The notes under the pieces are model-generated. The model was not told where the DNA came from. It did not search any database and saw only the letters and a list, made by a program, of their open reading frames with translations. A DNA stretch of 64,000 nt, from the IMG/VR virus record IMGVR_UViG_2706795967_000001, positions 2,612-66,611 of that record. One strand, given 5' to 3'. Positions 54,314 through 63,981 of this stretch are shown here, in pieces. Position 1 is the stretch's first letter. Every line of letters begins with the position of its first letter. The stretch comes from a virus. Taxonomy: Duplodnaviria > Caudoviricetes. A program made the position numbers and the translations under genes.

Positions 54314-57175
54314 GTGGGAGAGCTCGCGAACATCAATCGTGGGAGGCCCTTCAAGAACCGGGCCAAGGAATACCTCAAGAAGGGAATGCATCCTATTCCC
54401 CTTCCGGCGGGACAGAAGTTTCCGCCACCTACAGGATGGACGGGTCGCAATGCTCCTGCCGTTACCTTCGAACAGATCGACGAATGGTTCTCGGAAGGCA
54501 GGGGAGCAGACCGATCCAACGTCGGCCTGCACATGTTCGAGGTATTTCTGCCTTCGGGAGAACCGGCGACGGTTCCCGATCCGGAGTGGGACGGCTCTTC
54601 GTCGGATTCAGATTCGGGCGTTTCTGTTCCTCCGCAGGTACCTGCGACCCTGATCGGCATTGACGTCGATCACTACGACGACAAGACCGGCGGCGACACT
54701 CTGCGTCGCTTGGAGCGCAAGCTGGGGGAGCTTCCGCCAACCTGGACCTCCTCGTCTCGGAACGACGGGATCTCGGGGATCCGATACTTCCTCGCTCCGG
54801 CGAAGTACGAATACCTCGGCAAGGTCGGCGACGACATCGAGTGCATCCAAAAGAAGCATCGCTTCGCCGTGGTGTACCCCAGTTGGCACCCGCAGGGCGG
54901 GCAATACGTGTGGTATCCCCCAGGCTGTGCGCCCGGTGGGGTGCCGTGCACGTACACCCCGCCGGGTACGGTTACGCATACCAAGTCAGAAAACGCCTCC
55001 GGCTTGGTTACGTTCCAGTTCCGGCGATCCTCGGAGTCCGTGGGCGAGGAACAATGCACTGGCGACGAGATCCCGAACGCCTGGGAGTTTCCTGCGCTTC
55101 CCAAGAGATGGATCGAGCATCTCACGAAGGAGTTTCAGCACGAGACCTCGGGCGCGATCGACATGGAAACGTCGGTCGACGGGATCTATAAGTGGGCGCG
55201 GAAACAGTTCAAACAGAAGGGCGGCAAGTCCAAGTCGTCCCAGGAGACTGCGCTGGCGGAGCTGGGGGAATTTGGCTGCTCGCAGATGAAGAAGCGGGTA
55301 GAGGCCAACGTCGAGAAGATCATGAACTCCAGCACGTCGCACGAGGAGCTTCGCGACGCGCACTGGGAGATCTTCCGGATGGGAGCCGAGGGACACGCGG
55401 GCTGGATGGCGGCGTCTCGTATCGTGGAATTCGCCTGGCTTGATCGTGTCATGGGCGGTACGGGAAAGAATCAGAAGCGAGCGCTGGACGAAGCGCATCG
55501 CGAGATGTTCCGCTCTCGGACCAACGGCCTTCGCAAGATCAAGGCGCAGATAGACAATCAGGCCGCTGGAGTTCCCGGTAAGCGCGTTCGCGTCTCGGAG
55601 AAGTGTGCGTGCTACGAGGGCGACGGCGAGGACCTGGGCGATCTCGGGTTCGACCTGTCCAGTCACAGCGCGCGTGACCCCGGAGCCTACGAACGGAATG
55701 ACGACGGCAACGGCGAGCACTTCGTCGATCTGTACGCCGACAAGTTCTATTTCGTCGAGGGATACGAGCGTTGGATCTATTGGAACGGCGAGCATTGGGT
55801 GTGGGACGAGCAGGGGATGGCTCGTCGCGCCTTCCGCGTGGTCAAGAAGCGACAGCAGAAGTACGCCGACCAGCTCATGCGCGAGGCGGAAATGGCCAAG
55901 GCGGCGGACTCTCCGGACGCCAAGGCTCTCGCAGCCAAGGCCAAGATGTGGAATATGTGGGCCACGAACAGCGGCAACAACCGAGCCGCCGAGGGCGCGC
56001 TCAAGGCCGCGCAGGCGTACGCGGGCATCTCGGTGACCTCGGACGTCACAGACGGCAACCCTGCTCTGCTGGGAGTGAAGAACGGAACCATCGAACTCCG
56101 CCAGGACGGACCGTTCTTCCGTAAGGCGGAGAAGGAGGACTGGGTAGTCTCCAACACGAACGTGATGTACGTTCGGCGAGAGGATCTGCTGCGTGTCGGC
56201 GGCGATCTGGCGGAGGGTGTGCGGCTCTTTGACTCGTACCTAGAGAAGTTCCAGCCCGACCCTTCGGTTCGGCTGTGGCTCCAGCAGGTCATGGGCATGT
56301 GCCTCCTCGGATACAATCAGGAAAAGAAGTTCGTCTGGTTCCACGGCGAATCGCATACGGGCAAGTCGACCATGCTGAACCTGGTCATGCATGCGCTGGG
56401 ACAGTACGCCGGATCGGCCGAGCTTTCCATCTTCCAGAGCACCAAGCTCAACCCCGCCCTGGCGGAAGCGCTGCCGTGGCGAGTGCTCACCACTTCAGAA
56501 GCCAACGCAACCAAGGGCGCTCTCACGGCGGACATGCTCAAGAGGCTCACCGGTAACGACCCGATGAACGCCGAGATGAAAAACTCGAACACCATCATCC
56601 GTCGGGTTCCGGCGTTCGTGCCGATCGTGGCAACCAACAACGCGCCGCATATCGACGGCATGGACGACGCCATGAAGCAGCGCTTCGAGATCATTCCGTT
56701 TGACGTGGTGCAGAAGCCTCAGGACGCTCCGCTGGATATCGAGCGCGAGATGATGGAGAAGTCTCTGCCTGCTGTCCTGGCGTGGCTGGTGGAGGGGTGG
56801 CGCATTTACTGCGAGAATCGCCTGCGCAATAGGCCGGATAGCCTGGTTCCAGCGACCGCAAAGTTCGTCCAGGAGGTGGCCGGAGACATCGGTATCTTCA
56901 TGGAGGACATGCTAATCCTCACTGGAGACGACGAGGATTTCGCTACGGCTGACGAAGTTTACAACGCATATCGTCGCTGGGCATCCCAGAATAAGATCAA
57001 AGAGCACGACGTTCTGGACAAACCTCGGTTCGGGAAGCGCATGAGCAAGTCTGGATACGCGGCAAAACCGAAGTGGGACGGCGAACTTAAGAAGGCGGTT
57101 CGTGTTTATGTCGGTATAAAGTTGCAAGAAAGTGCCAAGAATGTTGTGAAGTTTTCTCACCAGGTTGAGAAATAA
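54314..57175 (+). CDS. Bifunctional primase-polymerase / D5-like SF3 helicase (953 aa)
   Basis: N-terminal PIPLP..QKFPP, NVGL, IGIDVD; C-terminal FHGESHTGKST, LKRLTGND, ATNNAP. Confidence 0.9.
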   Translation: MGELANINRGRPFKNRAKEYLKKGMHPIPLPAGQKFPPPTGWTGRNAPAVTFEQIDEWFSEGRGADRSNVGLHMFEVFLPSGEPATVPDPEWDGSSSDSDSGVSVPPQVPATLIGIDVDHYDDKTGGDTLRRLERKLGELPPTWTSSSRNDGISGIRYFLAPAKYEYLGKVGDDIECIQKKHRFAVVYPSWHPQGGQYVWYPPGCAPGGVPCTYTPPGTVTHTKSENASGLVTFQFRRSSESVGEEQCTGDEIPNAWEFPALPKRWIEHLTKEFQHETSGAIDMETSVDGIYKWARKQFKQKGGKSKSSQETALAELGEFGCSQMKKRVEANVEKIMNSSTSHEELRDAHWEIFRMGAEGHAGWMAASRIVEFAWLDRVMGGTGKNQKRALDEAHREMFRSRTNGLRKIKAQIDNQAAGVPGKRVRVSEKCACYEGDGEDLGDLGFDLSSHSARDPGAYERNDDGNGEHFVDLYADKFYFVEGYERWIYWNGEHWVWDEQGMARRAFRVVKKRQQKYADQLMREAEMAKAADSPDAKALAAKAKMWNMWATNSGNNRAAEGALKAAQAYAGISVTSDVTDGNPALLGVKNGTIELRQDGPFFRKAEKEDWVVSNTNVMYVRREDLLRVGGDLAEGVRLFDSYLEKFQPDPSVRLWLQQVMGMCLLGYNQEKKFVWFHGESHTGKSTMLNLVMHALGQYAGSAELSIFQSTKLNPALAEALPWRVLTTSEANATKGALTADMLKRLTGNDPMNAEMKNSNTIIRRVPAFVPIVATNNAPHIDGMDDAMKQRFEIIPFDVVQKPQDAPLDIEREMMEKSLPAVLAWLVEGWRIYCENRLRNRPDSLVPATAKFVQEVAGDIGIFMEDMLILTGDDEDFATADEVYNAYRRWASQNKIKEHDVLDKPRFGKRMSKSGYAAKPKWDGELKKAVRVYVGIKLQESAKNVVKFSHQVEK

Positions 57176-57193
57176 GGCCGTTGGAATGCTTAT

Positions 57194-57415
57194 CCTTACG
57201 GCAAATTACGGCACATTACGGCGCATTTCGGCACCTACCAGGCATTACGGTAATTACGGCAGATCTGGCTTAGTGCAATATATATATACGTGAAGGGCAA
57301 TAGGGAGGGGCACACAAAACCTCACATGTGTAAAAACCCTGTAAGTACTGTAATGCACTGTAATGCCTGGTAGTGCCGTAATATGTACCGTAATGTACCG
57401 TAATGTACCGTAATG
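57194..57415. repeat. Putative replication origin: inverted iteron arrays around an AT-rich core
   Basis: Left arm TTACGGC repeats at 10-bp period (57196, 57206, 57216, plus 57245, 57254); core AATATATATATA; right arm GTACCGTAAT x3 (57385-57414) plus degenerate copies; the two arms are reverse complements. Confidence 0.75.
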
Positions 57416-57457
57416 ATAGAGTTTCGAGGAATAACGGAAGATCAGGGAGAATTTCAC

Positions 57458-58192
57458 ATGATTATTGCTACGGCGATCTGCGATAATTGCGGGGCGAATA
57501 TCGCGAAGCACAGGGTGGGGCCTGCGTCAGACAAGTGGAGGCATTCGGATCACCGACTGAAGTGCTACGGAGACCCGATGGTTCATGACGTGGCTTTCCC
57601 GAAGACGGGGACGGAGGAGGCGGTGTTGGAGGAGGGGTCCGAGACGCCCAAGAAGCCTCACTTTCCGGACATCTGCGAGGACTGCGGGAGAGACTTGAAC
57701 GTGAGCCTTCACGAACCGGGGTGCGATCGTGGAGAGGGCGTGCCGACCTACGACACATTCAATCATCCCATGACGGAAGAGAGTCGTAAGGCGTGGGGCC
57801 TGGATCCCAAGTCTTCTCTGGAAGAGAATCGCGAGCCTGATGTGTCGCGCTTCATCGAGATAATCGCCGACGCTATCGAGGCCGGGGTGCAGGAGGGGAT
57901 CGCTCGGTCGGTGGACGTGATTCGGGTGGCGCTCGGTGGTTCGGTGGGTATGGGTGATACGGAGGACGAGGTAGACGTAGAGACACTCAAGACTCCGGAC
58001 GAGACCATATCCGTATCGCGCGTGGTGCATCTTCGTCGAGAGGGCATGGTGTCGTCGCCCTCGCCTGAGGTGGCGGAACACAAGCCGTATCGTAAGGGAA
58101 TGAGTAGGTTCGGGATAGCTCGGGATGGCGTGTCGGGGAAGCTTCGCGTAGTATGGATCGTTGAAGCGACCGGCGAGTTCTACCTGGAGTAG
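57458..58192 (+). CDS. Hypothetical protein with Cys/His motifs (244 aa)
   Basis: ATG 57458 after AGGGAG; CDNC...H..C and CEDC...H..GC. Confidence 0.65.
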   Translation: MIIATAICDNCGANIAKHRVGPASDKWRHSDHRLKCYGDPMVHDVAFPKTGTEEAVLEEGSETPKKPHFPDICEDCGRDLNVSLHEPGCDRGEGVPTYDTFNHPMTEESRKAWGLDPKSSLEENREPDVSRFIEIIADAIEAGVQEGIARSVDVIRVALGGSVGMGDTEDEVDVETLKTPDETISVSRVVHLRREGMVSSPSPEVAEHKPYRKGMSRFGIARDGVSGKLRVVWIVEATGEFYLE

Positions 58193-58245
58193 TGCTCTAA
58201 GCAAAGAAACACTGCGTATGGTAGTGTGTTAATCGGAGGTGCAAA

Positions 58246-58623
58246 ATGAGCGATCGACCTGGCGAGTTTTCTTACGGCGATGGTCTCATGGCACCGCCAT
58301 CCGAAGGCCGCGTTTACACCCCGTACGAGCGAATGCGGGCCATGCGGGCTACGGATCCAGCAAATCCGGAGGCGAATGAGGATGACGCACTCCTCGCCGG
58401 GGCTACACAGAGTCACATCGACCCTGTCACTGGCCTCCACGTCCCCGGAACGCTCGACGCAGGGGTTACGCCGCTCGTGAAGGAGAGCGGACCACCTCCT
58501 CGTGTCGGACAGCACGCAAGGATCGACCCCTCGCGATATAATCAGGGACACGATCCCGAGGGCATGCAAGATGGAGAAGGTCAGGCATGGAGGGACAGCG
58601 TTCCTCCCAATCCAGTAGTCTAG
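58246..58623 (+). CDS. Pro-rich hypothetical protein (125 aa)
   Basis: GGAGG SD; extended -10 TGgTAGTGT at 58219-58227. Confidence 0.7.
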   Translation: MSDRPGEFSYGDGLMAPPSEGRVYTPYERMRAMRATDPANPEANEDDALLAGATQSHIDPVTGLHVPGTLDAGVTPLVKESGPPPRVGQHARIDPSRYNQGHDPEGMQDGEGQAWRDSVPPNPVV

Positions 58624-58631
58624 GAGACTCT

Positions 58632-59201
58632 GTGACAACGTACGATTACGACGACTGCAACAGCACTCGTGAAGTTCTCGCGAAGATCTTCCAGTTCGCA
58701 TATCACTGCACGCATCCTGTCATCCCCGACGAGATGATCACCCCGGCGTACTACCGCATCAACACTCTGCGAGAGGATGGGAACGCAGAGCTTGGGATCA
58801 CCCTTAAGTCGGTAGGGAACCAGCCCGGCAACACGTGGAGAGCAGGCAGCTACGGAGATCAGGACTGCGAGGTCTGGTGCTACTGGGACGCAGGCGTGCA
58901 AGCGTGGCTTCCCTACACAGTGGACGGGTACGCGCTCGTGCTTGTGGACAACGAAGTCTCCACCGTCCTGCCATTCTCAGTGGATCACGAGGGCATGTGG
59001 ATCTCCATCGGCGTGAAGCAGAGTACGCCGGTGGTCGCCGAGCGACGAGTTCCGCCCACGGAGGAGGAGCGCAACGTTCTGCTCGAGCTGTTCCTGGTAT
59101 GGATGACTCAGGAGGGGATCGTCGCCCAGACTCCGGGAGTACAGTTGACGACAGATCAGATCGTCGATCGCTTCAACACCCGGTACGAGGTGAAGGAATG
59201 A
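58632..59201 (+). CDS. Hypothetical protein (189 aa)
   Basis: GTG 58632 after AGGAG. Confidence 0.7.
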   Translation: MTTYDYDDCNSTREVLAKIFQFAYHCTHPVIPDEMITPAYYRINTLREDGNAELGITLKSVGNQPGNTWRAGSYGDQDCEVWCYWDAGVQAWLPYTVDGYALVLVDNEVSTVLPFSVDHEGMWISIGVKQSTPVVAERRVPPTEEERNVLLELFLVWMTQEGIVAQTPGVQLTTDQIVDRFNTRYEVKE

Positions 59202-59692
59202 GCAGCGACGATCAGGCCGACACACTGGAGTACTTGCGTGAAGTCGCAAAGTTCAAGGAAGCCAAGTCCGTGGAGGAGATGCTCGTCATCCTTGTGGACT
59301 CCGCTCGGCGCTCGGGTCATTTGGACGAGGCAGGAACTTCTTCATACGGAGAGACCAAGATCCTCGTGGAGGGTGCTATCGCGCGCCTGGCGGAACTTTC
59401 GGGCGGCAGCATGACAACAGGTGGTCCACGATACCAGTTCCCCGAGGGGTTCAAGATCGTGGAAGACTCGAAGGAAGTGCACTCGCGTTACGAGATTCTT
59501 CGGGCAAGCGGGGTTCGTATGCACGTTCATCCCACCGGTCGTGGCCTTAAGGACGATCGGAATGGGTGGATAGATCTGCTCGGGCTCTTGGAAAAGGAAT
59601 GCTTTGAAGAGTGGGGAGTGAACCCCAAGCTCAGGCTCGTCTACACGGAGTACCACTACGTCCAAGCGAACAAGACCGAGGAGATCCAGTGA
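59198..59692 (+). CDS. Hypothetical protein (164 aa)
   Basis: ATGA coupling. Confidence 0.7.
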   Translation: MSSDDQADTLEYLREVAKFKEAKSVEEMLVILVDSARRSGHLDEAGTSSYGETKILVEGAIARLAELSGGSMTTGGPRYQFPEGFKIVEDSKEVHSRYEILRASGVRMHVHPTGRGLKDDRNGWIDLLGLLEKECFEEWGVNPKLRLVYTEYHYVQANKTEEIQ

Positions 59693-59943
59693 CGGATTAC
59701 GCGCACAAGGTCCAGCGCTTGGAGATCCACGAACTCGTGGACGAAACCAAGCACGATCTTCCACTTGTGGCTCCGGACGTGGGTCAGGAGTACATTTCCG
59801 CTCTCTACTGGAAGATGGCTGACTATCTGGTTCAGGAAGCGAAGATCCTCGCGCCTGAAGGACAAGTCATGCACCTGAAGGTCCAGCACTTCCACTATCC
59901 CGATCGGGTCGCCTTCACTGTCAAGTGGGAGGTAGAACTGTGA
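59689..59943 (+). CDS. Hypothetical protein (84 aa)
   Basis: GTGA coupling. Confidence 0.65.
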   Translation: MTDYAHKVQRLEIHELVDETKHDLPLVAPDVGQEYISALYWKMADYLVQEAKILAPEGQVMHLKVQHFHYPDRVAFTVKWEVEL

Positions 59944-60284
59944 GCGACGATCTCCTCGACGAGGACATGCAGCTGTTGCAGTTCGTGACCACGCACGCTC
60001 ACAGCGAAACCGAGATGCCGAGCGTGGACCTGAGCGACGTGGAAGGCCCGCTGGTCGTCGTGGAGCGTCGCGTCTACTGGCTCGGTCGTCAGGACGACGT
60101 CTCGCAGTTCGGGGTCGATCCACTGACCGACTGGACTGGTCTCGTCATGAGCCACACGGACACAGCGCGACAGCGGCATCAGTACATGTGCATGCTCATC
60201 CAGACGTTCACCTACAACAACGACCAGGACGGGGCGTGGAACGCTCTGGAAGGCGCTATGCGGGAAGCGGGTTACTTGTCGTGA
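59940..60284 (+). CDS. Hypothetical protein (114 aa)
   Basis: GTGA coupling; GGGAGG SD. Confidence 0.65.
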   Translation: MSDDLLDEDMQLLQFVTTHAHSETEMPSVDLSDVEGPLVVVERRVYWLGRQDDVSQFGVDPLTDWTGLVMSHTDTARQRHQYMCMLIQTFTYNNDQDGAWNALEGAMREAGYLS

Positions 60285-60571
60285 AGTATCGCAATCTCGC
60301 ACACATGCGCGCGGCTCGCCTGGCACTGAACAGGCTGCACGAAGCAGTAGAAGTGGACAAGACCTTCGGCGACCTGAAGCTGTATCGCCAAGGCAACGGG
60401 TGCAATCAGGACGAGCCCATCGTTTCCAACGGCGCAGAGATTCAGGCGTGGGGCATCGAGGACGCTCGCAAACTGTACGAAGATCTCAGCGATCTTCTGG
60501 ATTATCACGACAATCGCGTCAAGGAAGATCCGGCTTACGCGAAGATGATCAAAGACTACGAGGAGGGGTAG
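60281..60571 (+). CDS. Hypothetical protein (96 aa)
   Basis: GTGA coupling. Confidence 0.6.
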   Translation: MKYRNLAHMRAARLALNRLHEAVEVDKTFGDLKLYRQGNGCNQDEPIVSNGAEIQAWGIEDARKLYEDLSDLLDYHDNRVKEDPAYAKMIKDYEEG

Positions 60572-61968
60572 TGCCGAGTCCTGAGGAGAAGGCCGAGTAC
60601 AACAGCGAGCCCGAACTCCTTCCCTTCGAGGGCACGCACGAAGACCCAGAGGGCGAGGAAGTCGAGCATCCGTATCTAGGCACCACCCGCAAGTTCAGCG
60701 AGGGGCAGCTGTCGCGAGCCAAGGGTCTCCACGGCAAGGGCAATCCTCCCGACTTCCTGGAATATCACGTTCCACTGGATCGTCGTGGACCCTACAAGCT
60801 TCTCGCTTTCCCCGGCAAGCTGAACGAGCGAGAGGGCGCGGCCTCCTACGCGCTGTGCAACGGAACCACTCGCACCGGCAACAGCCTCAGGGACGTGGGT
60901 CGCCCATGCAAGGCGAAGGCGATCAACATGAGTGGCTTCTGTTCGAGGCATGGCGGAGCACTCTGCCCACTCGATCGCAAGAGGATCAACTGGGATACGG
61001 TTCCTCGACACATCAAGTTCAAGTACGGTCGTCTTCCAGTGGACGATCTGGACGACGAAGAGCTGGCTCGCGGCCAGATCAGGAAGCCGGACGGCTCGTG
61101 GACACAGAACAAGTCCGTGTCCGCAGAAATCCACAACGCCATGATCGCCAAGCTGTTCGACCGCAGCGACGAGATGTTGCGCGAGAATCTCCTAAAGGCA
61201 GTGGAGACCTTCGCCGAGATCGCGACAGGCACAGCGTACGAGCCAGCAGATCGACTGAAGGCAGCCGAGTTCATCTTCACTCGACTCAGGGGTAAGGTAC
61301 CCACTGAGATCAAGCTCGGTATAGACAAGCCATTTGAGAAGGTGCTCGATGCAGTCTTGGTTGGAGGCAATCGTAGTGACTCTCGCGCTGCTCGTGCTAC
61401 TGGTCTGGATGACTATCTCGACGCTGACGTCGTATCCGTGGAAGGAGCCGAAGCTGAAGATAGTGAAGAGGCTCCTGACGTGGATCGAGGAGCGGTATTC
61501 GAGGCCACCCGACGGGAGCTAGAAGCTCTGCAGGAAGAGCCGATCGAAGACGACGACGAATCGGATATCGACGAGGAAGGCTACGACTACACGGATCCTC
61601 GCGACCGTACCCTCGCACGAGATCTGATGCCGAAGGAAGTCGTTTCCACTGGATCGGCTGGGAAGCCCACCACCGACAAGCCTTACGGAGGATACGAGGC
61701 TCAGCGATACGAGCAGAAGCAGCACGAGAACGCGCAGGAGGCGGAGGCTCGTCTCAACAAGCTGTCTCGTAAGCGCAAGACTCCTCAGGAAGTGGCGGAA
61801 GAACGGAAGGCTCACAAGGAGGAGATGCGTCGCAACATCGCTCGTCGCAAGGGAGCCATGAAGCGCGGTTACTCGAATCTCCCGGAAGGCGTGAAGGCTG
61901 AGGTGGAAGAGGACGGGGAAGACGTGACCTTCCGCTTCAAGTCCAGTGGAGAGGAGAAGGACGCGTGA
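60571..61968 (+). CDS. Probable terminase small subunit (465 aa)
   Basis: CNGTTRTG...PCKAKA...FCSRHGG zinc motif; helical DRLKAAEFIFTR; GTG overlaps upstream TAG. Confidence 0.65.
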   Translation: MPSPEEKAEYNSEPELLPFEGTHEDPEGEEVEHPYLGTTRKFSEGQLSRAKGLHGKGNPPDFLEYHVPLDRRGPYKLLAFPGKLNEREGAASYALCNGTTRTGNSLRDVGRPCKAKAINMSGFCSRHGGALCPLDRKRINWDTVPRHIKFKYGRLPVDDLDDEELARGQIRKPDGSWTQNKSVSAEIHNAMIAKLFDRSDEMLRENLLKAVETFAEIATGTAYEPADRLKAAEFIFTRLRGKVPTEIKLGIDKPFEKVLDAVLVGGNRSDSRAARATGLDDYLDADVVSVEGAEAEDSEEAPDVDRGAVFEATRRELEALQEEPIEDDDESDIDEEGYDYTDPRDRTLARDLMPKEVVSTGSAGKPTTDKPYGGYEAQRYEQKQHENAQEAEARLNKLSRKRKTPQEVAEERKAHKEEMRRNIARRKGAMKRGYSNLPEGVKAEVEEDGEDVTFRFKSSGEEKDA

Positions 61969-62252
61969 GCAGCCTGGAAGAGCGCGAGAAGGCCGCATAC
62001 GAGAAGCTCGCAGAGGTCGTGACGGAACTCACGGCCATTCGGGACGAGATGTATCCACTCGACTCAAGTGACGAGGCAGAAGTTCCCACCTGCTGGGTTC
62101 TGTGTGTCGGATACGAGTCCATGCCGAACGGACAGCACCCCGGACTGGATGGTTCGGTGACGATCTTTCCTCGGGATGGTCGTCAGCCAGGATGGAAAAC
62201 ATCCGGGCTGCTGGGCGAGTGCCTCAGTCACATGGAGGGCGAAAGGGAATGA
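61965..62252 (+). CDS. Hypothetical protein (95 aa)
   Basis: GTGA coupling; GGAGAGGAG SD. Confidence 0.7.
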   Translation: MSSLEEREKAAYEKLAEVVTELTAIRDEMYPLDSSDEAEVPTCWVLCVGYESMPNGQHPGLDGSVTIFPRDGRQPGWKTSGLLGECLSHMEGERE

Positions 62253-62419
62253 AACCCGACCAGACCTGGTTCTACCACGAGGGGCACAGGACAGTGAACT
62301 GCTTCTGCCTCGAGGTAGTGGACATGAAGAACCGGGTGGTCTCGCACTTCTCTCCAGCCATGTACGGACGTGAAGTCTACGGCCCGCATCTGCGGGTGAA
62401 GATGAAGGACTTGAAATGA
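62249..62419 (+). CDS. Hypothetical protein (56 aa)
   Basis: ATGA coupling at both ends. Confidence 0.55.
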   Translation: MKPDQTWFYHEGHRTVNCFCLEVVDMKNRVVSHFSPAMYGREVYGPHLRVKMKDLK

Positions 62420-62862
62420 TCGAAGAACAGCCGAAGCAGGTCATGCAACTGGTCTGTTCCATATGCGGACTTGATTGGAACGAGCATCGTCATCTGGCCA
62501 GGATCGAAGCGGACATGCAGCGGATCGAGGAAGATAACGAGATCACCGTTCTAGAGGAAGAGCCGCAAGTCAGGCTGGGTCACTGCATTCACCTCCTGAA
62601 GCGAGTGAACGAGTGGCCTGTCGGTCCACAAGGTCCTATGGGTGCGCAGGGTACGCCAGGCAAGGACGCTCCCGTCTACGGCGATCTGGGCGCTCCTCCG
62701 CCAGTGGCAGGCCCGCCCGAGGGGTACGATAGCTGGAGAACGTTCCTCATGCAGGCTCCTCGGGAAGAAGTGCAGGCACGACTGGAGCAGAGCAGGCGAG
62801 AGGCGAACCTGTACGTCTCGTTGAACCACGAGAGCAAACTACGAGAGCAAGGACTGATCTAG
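62416..62862 (+). CDS. Hypothetical protein with CSIC motif and short collagen stretch
   Basis: GPQGPMGAQGTPGKD. Confidence 0.65.
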   Translation: MIEEQPKQVMQLVCSICGLDWNEHRHLARIEADMQRIEEDNEITVLEEEPQVRLGHCIHLLKRVNEWPVGPQGPMGAQGTPGKDAPVYGDLGAPPPVAGPPEGYDSWRTFLMQAPREEVQARLEQSRREANLYVSLNHESKLREQGLI

Positions 62863-63578
62863 TGCGTGAAATCCTCATCGTCGGTGGAGCCGGCGAAGAT
62901 CCCAAGAAGGTCAACGGCTCGTTCATCAAGTCGTATCTCGACCCGTTCCTGCGACCCACCGACAAGCTGGTCGGTATCGACTACCCCGCCAGCATCGGCA
63001 TCGCGAATCCCACGCCCAATCCCACGGACATCAAGGAAGGCGCTCTCGAGTCGCGAGCTATCGCAGTCCGTAACCTGGCGGCATACATCCGCCAGACAAA
63101 GTTCGTTCCGTACATCGTCGCGTACTCGCTCGGCGCATGGGCAGTGAGTGACTTCCTCGAAGAACTTGCAGAAGGCAAGCACCCCGGTTTGGAGATCGCC
63201 GGCGTCATCCTGATCGCCAGCCCGAAGAATGGAAGGGACACCGGGTACGGATACGGGATCGCCGGAAAGCACAAGCCCTACCCCACCAAGTTCCCGATCG
63301 TGGAGGTCAACAACTGGAACGACGGGATCTGCTCCTGTCCCAAGGGCAGCGCGCTCCGCGTACTTCCACTGCTCGGCGAGCTGTTCACTCTGAACTATCG
63401 GGATCCGAAGGTTCGTTTGGCGATGGTCCAGTTCCTCGGTTCGGCGTTCGCCGCAGTGAAGACGATGCCCACCGTCCACGACGCCATGCTCCTCGGAAAG
63501 TACGTGGAGGGCAAGGCGCACGGAAGCGACTATCGATCCGCAGTGTTGCGCGCTCCGGCCCAGCGTATGCTAGGATAG
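62862..63578 (+). CDS. lysB: Cutinase-like serine hydrolase (Lysin B-like)
   Basis: GIDYPAS; nucleophile elbow AYSLG; LIASP; DGICSCP; C-terminal His. Confidence 0.7.
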   Translation: MREILIVGGAGEDPKKVNGSFIKSYLDPFLRPTDKLVGIDYPASIGIANPTPNPTDIKEGALESRAIAVRNLAAYIRQTKFVPYIVAYSLGAWAVSDFLEELAEGKHPGLEIAGVILIASPKNGRDTGYGYGIAGKHKPYPTKFPIVEVNNWNDGICSCPKGSALRVLPLLGELFTLNYRDPKVRLAMVQFLGSAFAAVKTMPTVHDAMLLGKYVEGKAHGSDYRSAVLRAPAQRMLG

Positions 63579-63599
63579 GCGCAGGACCAAGGAGGCAGC

Positions 63600-63836
63600 A
63601 TGGCACGGAAGCAGCAGATTCACCCCATCCCGCGAGAGCGGTGGAGTGACGAAGCGATGACCGCGATCGCCTTCGCGGTCGGCCAGGGCGGGAAGCTCTC
63701 GCTCGGCTTCCAGCAGTACCGGAAGCGATTCCCCTCGGCAGCTGCGGGAACGCAGTTGCGCGGCGCTCTGGGAGGCGGGCAGTACGTGCCCGTTCGCGCT
63801 CCCCAGACCCCGGCAGGGAACATCGGTTCCACCTAG
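63600..63836 (+). CDS. Hypothetical protein (78 aa)
   Basis: AAGGAGG SD; strong start context. Confidence 0.7.
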   Translation: MARKQQIHPIPRERWSDEAMTAIAFAVGQGGKLSLGFQQYRKRFPSAAAGTQLRGALGGGQYVPVRAPQTPAGNIGST

Positions 63837-63939
63837 GAGCCTCTGTCAGGTGTCCCGGTCCCCCGACCCCCGGCCTGACAGTGGAGAGGGCTACCGCGCG
63901 ACGAAGGAGCCTTCCACTCCAGAGCGCGAACCCTGACGG

Positions 63940-63981
63940 CGCCCCGCTTCACTGACCTGATCCAGTGGAGCGGGGCGTTTT
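63940..63981 (+). terminator. Intrinsic terminator
   Basis: CGCCCCGCTTCACTG / CAGTGGAGCGGGGCG, 15-bp stem (one G-T), followed by TTTT. Confidence 0.75.

Noticed and set aside
28327-57446. GATCAGG just upstream of several starts (28327, 30267, 47785, 57440) as a start-associated sequence
   Set aside because: A 7-mer overlapping ordinary AGGA SD sequences that also occurs inside coding regions; not distinguishable from chance without counting.
63755-63790. LRGALGG in the 78-aa ORF as a fourth ALGG processing motif
   Set aside because: Internal position, lacks the WGN and QxR..GxF context; Gly-rich matches are common in GC-rich ORFs.
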